Source: Octopus vulgaris | Lineage: Eukaryota | Length of the DNA: 64,000 nucleotides | Assembly (NCBI GenBank): GCA_951406725.2 | Contig: OX597814.1 | Coordinates: 96,968,001-97,032,000, forward strand | Reading direction: 5' to 3' | In this document: positions 29,451 through 41,967 of the stretch, piece after piece | Layout of the letters: each line of letters begins with the position of its first letter | Numbering within the stretch: the stretch's first letter is position 1 | Made by a program: the position numbers and the translations under genes | The notes under the pieces: model-generated | Told to the model about the DNA's origin: nothing | The model's database searches: none | What the model saw: only the letters and a program-made list of their open reading frames with translations

Positions 29451-31332
29451 ATATATTGCAGAAGTGTTAAGACTGGTCCCTCTGGTGATGTAAAACTCAT
29501 GTATCAGTGCCATGTAAAAGTGCCCAGCTATATGCAAATGACAGTCAGGTTTTAGCCAAACCATCCAGCAATGGAGTGGTCACCACTGATGAGCTTTACT
29601 TTTAAGAAAAACCGGACTACAATGTCTATCAAGCAATCTATAAATATATCTAGTAGAGTTTGAAATTTTAGTCCACCACTTTAATATGATGTGTTTTCTC
29701 AGCGAAAGAAATAGAATACACATTTCAGTCTTCCATTAAGTTATGATGTTTTGTTTACTTTCCCTTCTTTGTCACCATTGGTGGCATCATTATATTGTCC
29801 ATTTTTCCATACTTGCATGGGTCAGAAAGAATTTGTTGAAGCAGATTTTCTATGGCTAGATGTCCTTCCTCTTGCTAACTTTCGCCTGTTTCAAGTAAGA
29901 TAATATTTCCTCTTAGCTGGAGAGTTTTTATGGAAGACTGAAAATGAATGATACCACTTGTGTGATAATGATGCTCATTCAGAACTATCATCAAAATAAG
30001 AATACACAAACATAAACACACACAGATAGACAGACATATGGACAGATAGATAGCTAGATAGAAATATATGATGAGCTTCTTTTAGTTTATATCTATCAAA
30101 TTTACTCACTATTATAGCCTGAGGCTATAACAAGGCATTTTCCCAAGGCACCAAATAGTGGGGCTGAACCCCAAACAATATTGTTGAGAAGCAAACTTCT
30201 AGGTCACATAACCATACCTGCTCCTCACAGCCCATGTTTGCATTAAAGTATGTGTTGTTAGTGACAGTAAGTAGGTCATTAATGTACAGAATGAAGGTTA
30301 TGATTGACGTCAGTGAGCTTCGAGTACACAAGTATTACTAGGAAATGGGTCAGAGAGATCTTCATTGGTACATGCTGCAACAGTGTAATCTAACAGGAAG
30401 ATTACATTCCGAGAAATAGAGTCAGCTGTAGGCAATAGTCAGTCTACTCAGCTAAGAGGCTCTTAAGTCAGGCTTGTGCCTATGTCAGATGCAACAACAT
30501 GGCTTTCAGGAATGTTTTGTTTCCAAGGACATGATGGTCATACTTGAATGCCTCTTAGTCATAACCAGCTTGTGCTTAAATAACATGATTACAACCTGTA
30601 CATAAAGACTAATAAGCCAAATATGGGACCATCATTGTCACATAAATTGTGAGGTACGACAAAGAAACAATAGCTAGCTCATGAGACATTCATGAAAATA
30701 ACACATGACTTATATACTGATTGAAATAGTCTTCATTAATTCTCATAAAAATGACTACAAAAATAGAATCTCCTTACTAATGAGCACATTTACTATGCAC
30801 TTATTATCCCAGGTCATATATCTAAATAATGTCTTTATTTAAGAAAATTATTCACAAAGTATAATATAATCCATGATGTAATCTACTGCCTCCAAAAATG
30901 AAAAACTAGAAAAAGATTAGCTTCTGTGTTTTATTCTTTTATGAAATATCTATGATTAGCTACTGTGCTGCATATGATTAGTGCCTCAGTACATTGACCA
31001 GAGAAAACTACTCTGACCTTGCCTTTTCCTTTCTCTCTATAACTTTTTTTTTACCTACATGCCTGATGTTGTATACGTACTTATTAAACAATCCTATATT
31101 AACAACCAGTTTAATTTATGGATTGTAAAATACTAAAATGCACAAGATGATACATGCACACATATATCTATGTATTGGTAGTGATAAATATTTAAAAAGC
31201 AAGGGTTTAAATATCAGCTATCACAAGTTTCATACTCCAATAGTATAATATTCAGACGAGCTTGTGTAGAGTGTTTAAATGGTGTTTGAATCAGGGTCGT
31301 GGAGCCATTTAAGGATGACTCCTTCAGAAGAC

Positions 31333-34150
31333 TGTAATATCATTTGATAGGAACATAGTACAAAGAAATACCTAGAACAAGGCTGTAACTTTAAATACCT
31401 TTAATGTCGGCCTCATACATATATATATAAGTTGAATGATAAATGGAAAGAGTTTGATGCGTGGAGGCCATGATCTTCTTCTGCGCATACCTCATGTCTG
31501 CTAGTTGCCGTGTGTCATAAGAGAGCCAGCTAGACCATGTCCTTGCTCTCCGACATCTAGATGCCAAAAGAGGAATTCATCACAAGGCCTCATGTCAGAA
31601 TCTCACCGCTCAAGCAACATCTGGTGCATGTTTAAACCCACTGTCAAGGGAGGTAACTGTGTCTACAGAGACCCCCCCCCACCTAGACTGGAAGCGATTG
31701 ATTAAGAGTAATGTAGGTGAAGTAGGTGTGTGCTAGGAGGGCACAGAAGAATGAAACATAGCAAAACAGCTGTATGAACAATTGAAAAATACAACGCAAG
31801 TATGTACAAGGGAAAATGTTCAGCAAAGACAGGTGTCCAATAAAGTTAAGAAATGTAAATAGTCTGAGACAAGTTCTTCAACCAAAGAACCGATCTGCCA
31901 GAATGTGTCCTGTAAGATGAAGAATGCATTTGTGTATTTGGTGTTTTGGTGAGTGGGGATGGTGCTTGAGGGAGTGGGGGTGGAGGTGGAATGATGGGTG
32001 TGTCAGCAAGTGGCATAAATGTTTCTGAAAAGGCTTTTTTTATTCTGTTGATAGAGACAGTCTCTTTTTTCTGTGAATGTCTATAGAGAACAGTTTCGGT
32101 GTGCTTCTAAGAACGTGATAGGGAGATGTGAGTGGTCCTGCACGAATAACGCCTTTAAGCTTGCAGTGGAATCATTCCACCATTCTATTTGCGATGGGAT
32201 GGTAACTTGTCGTGTGGATGTGCTGAACTCCAAGCAATCTTGAAAGCTCACGGAACAGACAAGCTTCAAATTGGTGTCCATGATCAGTAGTAATTCTAGA
32301 GGGTACTCTGAAGCAAGATATCCATCCGGAGATGAGTGATCTGGTGACTGTTTCTGTGGACATGTCCATGAGAAGGATGGCATCAGGTCATCTGGAGAAA
32401 CGGTTGATGCAGGTCAATATATAAGTAAATCTGCGATTGGACCAGCCAAAGACCAACTAGGTCGATGTGTATGTGACGGAACCTGGTATCTGGTGGCTGG
32501 AAGTGCTCTAGATGTGCTCTCACATGACAATGCACCTTGAAATGCTGACATGGTAGACAGACACGTGACCAAGCAGTAATAGACTGACATATGTTCAACC
32601 CGAAAAAGCGGGCTGAGATAGACTTTACTGTGGCTGCACTGCCGGGGTGTTACAATGAATGCTGTGCATCAAAAATAGCATGACAGTGATGTTCAGGAAC
32701 TAGGGGTCGGGGTGACCCTGTAGAAACATCACAGAGAATAGTTCCTTCAGAAAAAGGCAGAGGTAGGTGTTCAAACTTGCAGCAGGAAAATTGTGAAAAG
32801 ACGTCTAGAGAGTCCAAGAAGGGTTGGTCAGTAGCCATAGCAACCAAATCAATCGAAGCTGGAGATGACAACGCACCGACAGGCAGGTAAGATAAGGCAT
32901 CGGCAGGGATGTTGTCAGTGCCAGCAATGTGGCGAATGTCACTAGCGAACTGTGATATGTAGTCCAAATGCCTTGTTTCTCTGGGCGAGTACTGGTCGTT
33001 TTGGCAAAGAGAGCAAACGTTAGCAGTTTGTGGTCAGTGAAAATCATGAAATCTCTACCTTTGAAAAGATGCACTGCTAGATAAATTGCTAAGAGTTTTT
33101 TACCAAACACACTGTATCTCAGTTTGGCATTTTCCAACAGGTGAGAAAAGAAGGCCAATAGCTGACTTCAGCTGTTGACTGATTGCTCTAAAACTGTGGC
33201 AATGGCAGATGATGACGCATTGACAGTGAGTGTCAATTTTATATCCATAATAGGATGAGCAAGGTCAGATTTGACAGATTCAAAAGCTTGGATGACTATG
33301 AGATAGCGTTATCGGGGTGTCTTTTTTCGTTGATCTTTCACGAACTGAGTCAAGGGAAGCAGCTTTTCCACACAGTTAGGAATGAAATGACGATAATAAT
33401 TAATTCAACCAATAAAATTTCTGAGCTGTTTTAAGGAAACAGGAGGAGACAAGCGTTAGATGGCTTCCACTTTAGAGAGAAACGGACGAATACTATCAGC
33501 ATCAATGAGATGCCCCAATAATTCCAAGCTGGTAGAGCTGAATTGATCTTCACATCATAGAAACGTAGGCACTTGAATAGTTGGGTTAAATGTTGGAGAT
33601 GCTGGTCTAGAGTACCATTGGCGATTAGAAGATTGTCAACATATGTGAAGACAAAATCTAACCCACGAACGACTGCGTCAATGAACCTTTGGAACGTGCT
33701 CACTGCATTGCACAGACCAAATGGCATAGACAAAAATTCAAACACTCCAAAAGGCATAGTGACAGCTGTCTTTGGAATGTCTTCTGAGTTGACAGGAATT
33801 TGATGGTATGCACGTACCAAGTCAATTTTTTAAAAAAACTTGCAGCTGTGCAGGGCAGATGGAAAGTCCTGCACATTGGGTAGGGGATAATGATCCATGA
33901 TAATGACAGTATTACGTCTAAAATCTCCAACCAGTTGAAAATCAGCTTCATTCTTCCTGGCCATGTGTAAAGGTGCTGCACATGGGCTTGTGGAGTGATA
34001 AATAAGGCCCAGCTGGAGCATGTGCTCGAATTCAGCCCGGGCGATCTGGAGTTTCTCTGGAGACAAACATCACAGTTGGGAAAAACTGGCGATCCCTTAG
34101 TCATGATGAAATGTCTCATGGAATGGGCTGGATTCAACAGATGAAATGAC
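31333..34150 (-). mobile_element. 5'-truncated, decayed Ty3/Gypsy LTR retrotransposon (RT-RNaseH-integrase, PPT, 3' LTR)
   Basis: RT YHQIPV..DIPKTAV.MPFG...YVDN; RNaseH FTDHKLL; integrase HIHIDLVG, ITTDHGHQFE, TTSYHP.AN.MVE; many frameshifts; G9 PPT at 31680-31672 before a putative LTR TGTAG...TTACA (31667-31333) with TATA and ATTAAA; LTR far end uncertain. Confidence 0.9.
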
Positions 34151-34154
34151 AAAC

Positions 34155-34662
34155 TATATATATAGCGAGTAGTAGTAAATATATATATAGCGAGTAGTAA
34201 TAAGTCTACTACTAATATAGGATGAAGTTTTTTTACAGAAAGACTTATTACTACTCGCTATAGGGACTGGTAACCACTATAAGCTGTAGTGGAGAACAGT
34301 TCACACGTGTGCTGAGGCTGACCACAAAAAATTTTATTTTTAGATATATCTGGGGCACTTATATGGACTCATGATTTTTGCTTCGGCTTTTTTCCATGGG
34401 CGCATGTAAGTATCTTATTTATATCCTTTCGTATTTTCTACTGAAGAGGAAAAAATCTATGATGAGATAAATTCCGAAATTAATTCAATATAGAAATAAC
34501 GAACTTTAAAAAAAAAATTATTGACCGGCTTTCCTCAATTTCAGCTCTTCGTGTTTTTTCTGTAGCGAGTAAATATGTGGAAATTGACGATTTAAAAGTC
34601 TGTTATCAGCATATTGGCATAGAAATAATTTTCTTTAGCCCTTATTTATAAGTTATATATAT
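34155..34662 (+). mobile_element. Non-coding (TA)n-flanked element carrying a hammerhead ribozyme (PLE pLTR/retrozyme-like)
   Basis: bounded by TA runs; 22-bp perfect inverted repeat 34186-34207 / 34241-34262; canonical hammerhead core at 34441. Confidence 0.6.
34428..34503 (+). ncRNA. Type I minimal hammerhead ribozyme-like motif, canonical core
   Basis: TTTCTA-CTGAAGA-GGAA(aaaatctatgatgagataaa)TTCC-GAAA-TTAA-TTC-aata-TAGAAA; palindromic stem III region AATTAATT. Confidence 0.7.
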
Positions 34663-34665
34663 ACA

Positions 34666-35192
34666 CAAGCAAAACGCCCCGCCCGTCCAATGGCCGGTGC
34701 TGAGTTGTCAAACATTTAAACCAAATTTTCTCAAAACAATTTGTCCGACTGTCCCATAGGCCTCCCCTTTGAGAAACACTGATTTAACCTAAATTTAAGA
34801 CACCAGCAAAAGAAGAAATAAAGATAAACTTTTTTTCTATTCCAAAGAAAAACGATTTTATTCACACAAATATGCAAAAGACTATATACTGCATTTTGTG
34901 GCATTATTTCAAACCAGCTGGCTTTCTTTTGTGCAAACTGCACGTGCATTTTTCTTGCATATGCGTAGTATCAATTGCAATAGCTGATGTACTTTCACAT
35001 ACAAATGCACATTCTCATGGCTTTATCGATTGTATTCTCACCTGGAATTGATTTTTGTAATTTTTTCAAGACTTATACACACCCTGATACCGTCGGTATC
35101 CACATATCAAATTTGAGCACAATCAGATGGAGGATGCCCAAGATCCTAGAAGACACACACACAGGAAGACAGAACAGATTTTATATAATAGA
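34666..35192 (-). mobile_element. Non-autonomous Helitron-like element
   Basis: minus strand A|TCTATTATATAAAA 5' end; imperfect GC-rich hairpin (ccggcc attg gacggg) just before a CTTG|T 3' end. Confidence 0.6.
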
Positions 35193-35843
35193 TAGGTGAC
35201 AGTGCTACATAAAAAGCACTGGTGATAGTGTCATGTAAAAAGCACCCAGTACACTTTGTAAAGAGGTTGGCAATAGGAAGGGTATCCAGCTGTAGAAACC
35301 AAGCAAAAACAGACTATGGAACCTGATATAGCTCTTGACATTGTCAGCTCCTGTCAAACTGTCTGACCTATGCCAACATGGAAATCAGATGTTAAATGAT
35401 GATGATGATGATGACACACCTTTTATCACTATCTTTTGTTTGTTTCGGTTATTGGACTGTGGCCATACTGGGGCACCACCTTGAAGGGTTTAGTCAAACA
35501 AATCAACCCAAGTACTTATTCTATGTATATCGTTTGTCAAACCACTAAGTTAACTCAATTGGTTGTCAAGCGGTGGTGAGGAACCAACACAAACACACAT
35601 GCAAACATACACATACACATATTTGATGAGTTTCTTTCAGTTTTTCGTCAACCAAATCCACTGTTGGATTTGATTAGCCCAGAGCTATAGCAGAAGACAC
35701 ATGCCCCAGGTTTCATGCAGAAATATTGAACTTGGAATCATGTTGTTGGGGAAGCAAACTTCTTGCCACAAAGCCAAACCTGTACCAATAAAAGAAATAT
35801 AGAAAATAAATAAATAAGCAAACAACTAATTACTATCACAGTC

Positions 35844-35849
35844 TTTATT
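35844..35849 (-). promoter_or_regulatory. Candidate polyadenylation signal of NOM1
   Basis: AATAAA on the minus strand 27 nt after the stop, followed by T/GT-rich sequence. Confidence 0.55.
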
Positions 35850-35876
35850 GTTGTCGAGTAATCTCAATTAATTGTA

Positions 35877-36152
35877 CTACAATAAAGTAGTAGAATGGGA
35901 TATTGAAAGCAATTGTACAGCTTCTTGCAACTGCTTTATAACAGTTGGAGATTTGGCCTTCTTTTTACGACCAATTAAGAAATGCATTATGAACAGACGC
36001 AGTCCTTCTCTGAATTTATAAAGATTAGTTTGTATGGCAATGCGTTCAAATACCATGTTTATTACATGGCTTGGGTTATTTTCAAATAAGTCCAATAAAA
36101 CAGCCTTCAAGAAAAAAACTGTTTGTTTGTCCAATGTACCAAATTCCAAAAC
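35877..36152 (-). CDS. NOM1: NOM1 last coding exon
   Basis: ttgtag|GTT TTG GAA TTT...; VLEFGTLDKQTVFFLK...FREGLRLFIMHFL...TLL then TAG at 35879-35877. Confidence 0.92.
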   Translation of the reverse strand, partial: VLEFGTLDKQTVFFLKAVLLDLFENNPSHVINMVFERIAIQTNLYKFREGLRLFIMHFLIGRKKKAKSPTVIKQLQEAVQLLSISHSTTLL

Positions 36153-37556
36153 CTACAATTTAAAAAACAGAAATTCAATTAAAAAAAAATTTTTTTAGAT
36201 CAACTGTACACAAACTTTAATTCAAAACTGACATAAAAATTGCGCAGATTTGCAAATACACACACACATGCACTCTCTTAGAATATCTTAAATTTTTGAT
36301 TTGTCATAACTTTACTATAGTAAATAACTTTCATATGTTTATCAAATATCCTGTCCTTTTAAAATAAATTCTATAGATTTTAAAAAGCATTTAATAGACC
36401 CATTAAAGATATTTATAGATTTCTTTCTTTGTCATGATTCAGATATTATAGAAAGTCATACATTATATTGACAACTGAGGACAATAAAAACAGCCTTAAC
36501 TAAAAACATTCCAACTGCCATCTCTAATATTGTATAAAGGCAAATCTCACAAACTTTCTGATATGCAATATGAGAAACAACAATAGTGTGTGTGTGTGTG
36601 TGTGTGTGTGTACATAGCTACACTAACGAAATAGTTTCTTTCTGTTTTGTTTTTCTGAGAACTTAATTCATTTAGATTTGATTCACAGAAGGAACTGTTT
36701 CATTTATACTGTCATCTTGATTTTATTCTAATCATTATTAATTATTTTAATAATATAAAGAAAATATAATGCTTTTGAAGAATTTTTTAATAAAATCTTT
36801 TTAAAAGATGTTAATACTCTGGAGGGAGACGTAAATAACACTTTCTCTTATTCCCTTTCTTATAAGAGAATTAATGCTTATGCAAAAGGTCATTTACCGA
36901 TAAGCTTCGTTCCATTATTATTGAATAAATAAGATATACAAAGACAAATAAGAATATACAGGTGCAGGCATGGTTGCACCTGTTGCTTCTCAACAATGGG
37001 GTTTTAGATTATATCCCATGGTACAGCATCTTTGGCAAGTGTCCTCTATAATACAGCACCAACCAAAGCTTTGTGACTATATTTGGTGAATGAAAGAAAC
37101 TTGTCAAATCTATGTGTATGTATGAATGGCTGTGTGGTAAGTAGCTTGCTTACCAACCACATGGTTCCAGGTTCAGTGCCACTGTGTGGCACCTTGGGCA
37201 AGTGTCATCTACTATAGCCTCAGGCTGACCAAAGCCTTGTGAGTGGATTTGGTAAACAGAAACTGAAAGAAGCCCGTCCTATATATATATATATATATAT
37301 GTGCGTGTATATGTTTGTGTCTGTGTTCGTCCCCCCAACATCGCTTGACAATTGATGTTGGTGTGTTTACACCCCCGTAACTTAGCGGTTCGGCAAAAGA
37401 GACCGATAGAATAAGTCCTGGGGTCGATTTGCTTGACTAAAGGTGGTGCTCCAGCATGGCTGCAGTCAAATGACTGAAACAAGTAAAAGAGTAAAAGAGT
37501 ATATATATATTTGTAAAAAATGAAGTTTGAAAATGCTGCTATATTAGACAAATTTT

Positions 37557-37608
37557 AATTTTTAACATGTTTCGGTTCTTGAAATGACAAACCTTATCAA
37601 AAAAAATT
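37557..37608 (-). ncRNA. Hammerhead-like motif, U3:A8 variant (left-arm copy, NOM1 sense strand)
   Basis: minus strand ttttt-TTGATAA-GGTTT(gtcatttcaa)GAACC-GAAA-CATG-TT-aaaaa; palindromic AACATGTT. Confidence 0.6.
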
Positions 37609-39366
37609 ATATATAATAAAGAGAGTTCATGCTATATGTTTAAAGAGTATGATGTAATAGTTCATAATTGTGACATATATTCAATAGAGTCAAATATAAA
37701 AAATTCATATATAATATTCAATAGAGTCAAATATAAAAAATTCATATATAATAAAGGGAGTCCATGCTATATGTTTAAAGAGTATGATGTAGTAGTTCAT
37801 AATTGTGACATACATTCAATAGAGTAAAATATAAAAAATTCATGTTCTTGAAAATGCGAGGAGTTCATTTTAGATTTTACCTTGTGTTCCAATGGGAGCA
37901 ACAGTAATGATTTTTGGTTGGTGTCTGTTCGCATAATTTTGGTGAATTTTGTGATTGTTGGGTTTATATCAGCTCAGCTAAGCTGTGGTCACTTGCACTT
38001 TTCACTGACGTCATATAGTTCCAAACCAATCAAAACCCAGTCTCAACGAATATAGTGAAAAGACTCCCAACTGTATCCTGTTAGGAAACCAACCAAGCGG
38101 AACGACAGTTTGGCCATGGAAGAAATACGTCATCATTTTTTTGACGAATCGAAATTAGATCTGACCCATGACTGTATCCTGTTAGGTGGCTAGTCCAGCG
38201 GAACGAGACATCATCAATGTTTTGACCAATCATCCTGTTAGGTGGCTAGTCCAGCAGAACGAGACGTCATCAATGTTTTGACCAATCAGAATCGGGTCTG
38301 ACCCATAGCTGTATCGTGTGGGGAAACCGACCAAGCAGGGTGACAATAGCTTGACCACTGAGGTAATACGTCATCAGTTTTTTGATGAATCAGGATTAGA
38401 TCTGCTCATAGAGAAAGAGAGAGATCTTTTTATAAATTTTTCCTTCCCTAAGACATATCTCTGTCAGCGTGAGTTACTGTTTAAGGATCTGAGAAATTGT
38501 AATTCGCCCCACCTCCATTATTATAATTCTCTCACTGAGAAGGAAAAATTTATAAAAAGATCTCTCTCTTTCTCTACGAGCAGATCTAATCCTGATTCGT
38601 TAAAAAACTGATGACGTATTACCTCAGTGGTCAAGCTATTGTCACCCTGCTTGGTCGGTTTCCCCACACGATACAGCTATGGGTCAGACCCGATTCTGAT
38701 TGGTCAAAACATTGATGACGTCTCGTTCTGCTGGACTAGCCACCTAACAGGATGATTGGTCAAAACATTGATGACGTCTCGTTCCACTGAGAAGGAATAC
38801 AGTCATGGGTCAGATCTAATTTCGATTCGTCAAAAAAATGATGACGTATTTCTTCCGTGGCCAAACTGTCGTTCCGCTTAGTTGGTTTCCTAACAGGATA
38901 CAGTTGGGTGTCTTTTCACTATATTCGTTGAGACTGGGTTTTGATTGGTTTGGAACTATATGACATCAGTGAAAAGTGCAAGTGACCACAGCTTAGCTGA
39001 GCTGATATAAACCCAACAATCACAAAATTCACCAAAATTATGTGAACAGACACCAACCAAAAATCATTACTGTTGCTCCCATTGGAACACAAGGTAAAAT
39101 CTAAAATGAACTCCTCGCATTTTCAAGAACATGAATTTTTTATATTTGACTCTATTGAATGTATGTCACAATTATGAACTACTACATCATACTCTTTAAA
39201 CATATAGCATGAACTCCCTTTATTATATATGAATTTTTTATATTTGACTTTATTGAATATTATATATGAATTTTTTATATTTGACTTCTATTGAATATAT
39301 GTCACAATTATGAACTATTACATCATACTCTTTAAACATATAGCATGAACTCTCTTTATTATATAT

Positions 39367-39418
39367 AATTTTTTTTGATAAGGTTCGTCATTTCAAGAAC
39401 CGAAATATGTTAAAAATT
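39367..39418 (+). ncRNA. Hammerhead-like motif, U3:A8 variant (right-arm copy)
   Basis: aatttttt-TTGATAA-GGTTC(gtcatttcaa)GAACC-GAAA-TATG-TT-aaaaatt. Confidence 0.58.
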
Positions 39419-40250
39419 AAAATTTGTCTAATATAGCAGTATTTTCAAACTTCATTTTTTACAAATATATACCCACTCGTATACGAGCTAATCTTATTAT
39501 AAATATATATATATATATATAACATATATAACTAGAGCTCTATTGGTTACAGCAACAAATGTTCCAGTTGATCTGATCAATGGAACAGCCTGCTTGTGAA
39601 ATTAATGTGCAAGTAGCTGAGCACTCCACAGACATGCATACCCTTATTGTAGTTAGTTCTCATGAAGATAAGATTCAATGAAACATAGAATATAGCAAGG
39701 CTGGCCCATTGAATTACAGGAACTACTCATTTTCACCAGCAGAGTGAACTGGAGCAATGTGAGATGAAGTGAATTATGATTTCACTGGAGCCAAGCTGTA
39801 TCAGCCTTTGCCTTTCCCTTAGATAAAATTGGTGGTATGGGGAGGGGAGACCGATGTGCATGGGTGACTACCAGTCTCCCATAAACCTTGCCTAGACTTG
39901 TGCCTTTGAGGAGAACTTTCTAGGTGCACTCCCATGGTCATTCATGACTGATGGAGGTTTTACCCTTTTTACTATTTATTATGAGGAGGCAGGAAAATGA
40001 AAGGGAAGGTTTCATAAATTGAAGTGGGTACAGTGGCAATTTAATTCTAACTATTGCTTATATAGAGATACAGGTGGGAAGAAAGTTCTGGAAGTGTGAA
40101 AATCCTGGTAAAAATTCTTACAGAAAGCATTTATGAAAATATGCAGTGATGAGAAGAAAAGAGAAAGATATATTTAAATGAATACAGACTACAAAAAAAT
40201 AAAGTGAAATAAGGAAACAAGTCTCATGTGAAAACAGTTAAGGCAATGAT

Positions 40251-40522
40251 TACTTATTTATGCGCCCTTTTCAAGCCTAGCCAGGCCCATGGGCCCGGTT
40301 TCCGTGGCGTATGTGTTCACCCCAGCTGGACAGGATGCCAGTCCATCACAGCAATACTCAAGAAACAGGAAGAAAGAGTGAGAGAAAGTTGGGGCAAAAG
40401 AGTACAACAGGGGGTTGCCATGGAGCTTTAGGTGTTTTCGCTCATTAAACACACACAATGCCTGGTCTGAGAATTGAAACTGCGATTCTCCGATCGTGAG
40501 TCCGCTGCCCTAAACACTGGGC
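40251..40522 (-). mobile_element. Young tRNA-derived SINE with target-site duplication
   Basis: flanked by the 12-bp direct repeat TAAGGCAATGAT; tRNA-like head on the minus strand. Confidence 0.75.
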
Positions 40523-41231
40523 TAAGGCAATGATATCCACCTTTAATTAAATAATCATATAATGAAGTAGTCTAAGGTGGTGAATCAGTCGAGTCATAAT
40601 AGCATTGATAGAATGTTGTATAGTATATGTTCCAGCTTTCTGCGCTCTGAGTTCAAAACCCACCAAGATCTTTTCAGGGTTGATAAAAAAGTGTCAATTT
40701 AAGGTGTTGGATTAAACTGTTAGAGAATTGGGCAAACTGTTTTGCAATATATGTCTGAGCTCTTGGGAATCTGACAGCAGCACCTGTGACACTGATTTCA
40801 GGCTGTGTCAGCTGAAGTCAACGACTTTTCCATTGGATAAATGTTGGAGCCATAGAGAGAGGTGTGACTTGTGTGCATGGGCAACTGCCAGTTTTCTTCA
40901 AAATATCTTGCCCAGATTTGTGCATGCATGTGCAGATGTATGAACAGCTTTGACAAATAGCTGCCTCTCTGGAAATGGATGCACTAGGTTGGTATGTCAA
41001 CCCTATCTGATCAAATATACTTCATAAATCACATTTATAATCTGTCATTATTCAATAGTCTTAATTATCTATTACAGAGACATTCATAACATATGAAACA
41101 AAATAAATATCAACTTCATGCTTTCCTCTTATATCATGTATACATGTATATAAACTTACTTGGAAATGGATGCATCATGTTCAATTAAATACTAACAAAT
41201 AATATATATGTATATATATATATATATATAT

Positions 41232-41443
41232 AAAGTTAATCCAAACAATAAAGCACAAAAAACACAATAATGCGAGGACGTGGAACAAATATAGTATTAT
41301 TGGACGCTCAGGAAAGAAGGAAAGAAGGAGGGTTTAATGTTTCGAGCGGAGCTCTTCGTCGGAAACATAGAAGGAAAGATCCAGAGAAGGGAAGACAGAA
41401 GAACAAAAAAAATTGCCAATGGTACACACGCGGTCACATTTTG

Positions 41444-41479
<36 letters not shown>

Positions 41480-41615
41480 GCATATATGGGTACAGGATGT
41501 CACCAACAGTGCAATCAACATGAAATACGTAAACAAACAAGTTAAATACGTAAACAACAAAATGGAAAACAGGACAAGTAAACACAGAGAAAGTTCTGAA
41601 CCTTTCCAACTTCAT
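41232..41615 (-). mobile_element. Penelope-like pLTR remnant with decayed hammerhead
   Basis: in (TA)n; minus strand GTTT-CCGACGA-A-GAGC(tcc)GCTC-GAAA-CATT-AAAC at 41366-41332. Confidence 0.6.
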
Positions 41616-41835
41616 ATATCTGACATGTGGGTGAGAGAAAAGAAAGATATAAATGGCAAAATGCCAAACTAAATAGAATCTGACAACAAATTAATGATTT
41701 ACAATACCAAGTTCAAACTCTCTCAAGTGAGGATGAATGAATCCTCCTATACATAGGAAACAGTGGTCTAAATATACATAAAGGGAAATATCAATTTCTA
41801 GAGAAATATCAATTTCTATATTGGCCACAACTTAC

Positions 41836-41967
41836 CTTAAATAAAGCCAAAGACTGAGCTTTGCTTACTATCAAGTGAGAAACCAATTTGGCTAAATTTG
41901 ACATCATCATTTCTGTTAAACTGGGCATGTCTTTCAATTTATCCCACAAATTAAATTGAAATGTCAT
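41836..41967 (-). CDS. NOM1: NOM1 penultimate exon
   Basis: gtgtag|ATG...AAG|gtaagt; 132 nt; MTFQFNLWDKLKDMPSLTEMMMSNLAKLVSHLIVSKAQSLALFK, translated by hand. Confidence 0.93.

Larger units (their letters stand above)
37504..39471. mobile_element. ~2-kb near-perfect palindrome (inverted-pLTR PLE-like or fold-back element) in NOM1 last intron
   Basis: arms ~37504-38446 and ~38539-39471, ~92-bp spacer, TA-rich ends, internal sub-repeats, hammerhead-like motif near each outer end. Confidence 0.85.

Noticed and set aside
29586-29617. CTGATGA-GCTT(tactttt)AAG-AAAAACCGGAC hammerhead-like motif
   Set aside because: G12 and the stem II closing base are missing and there is no stem I; at best a heavily decayed remnant.
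36878-36912. TGCAAAA-GGT(cattt)ACC-GATAAGCTTC hammerhead-like motif
   Set aside because: Too many core deviations to distinguish from chance in AT-rich DNA.
38318-38611. 97-aa ORF across the palindrome centre
   Set aside because: Spans the inversion junction and starts at GTG; only a weak, unverifiable resemblance to a PLE endonuclease C-terminus.
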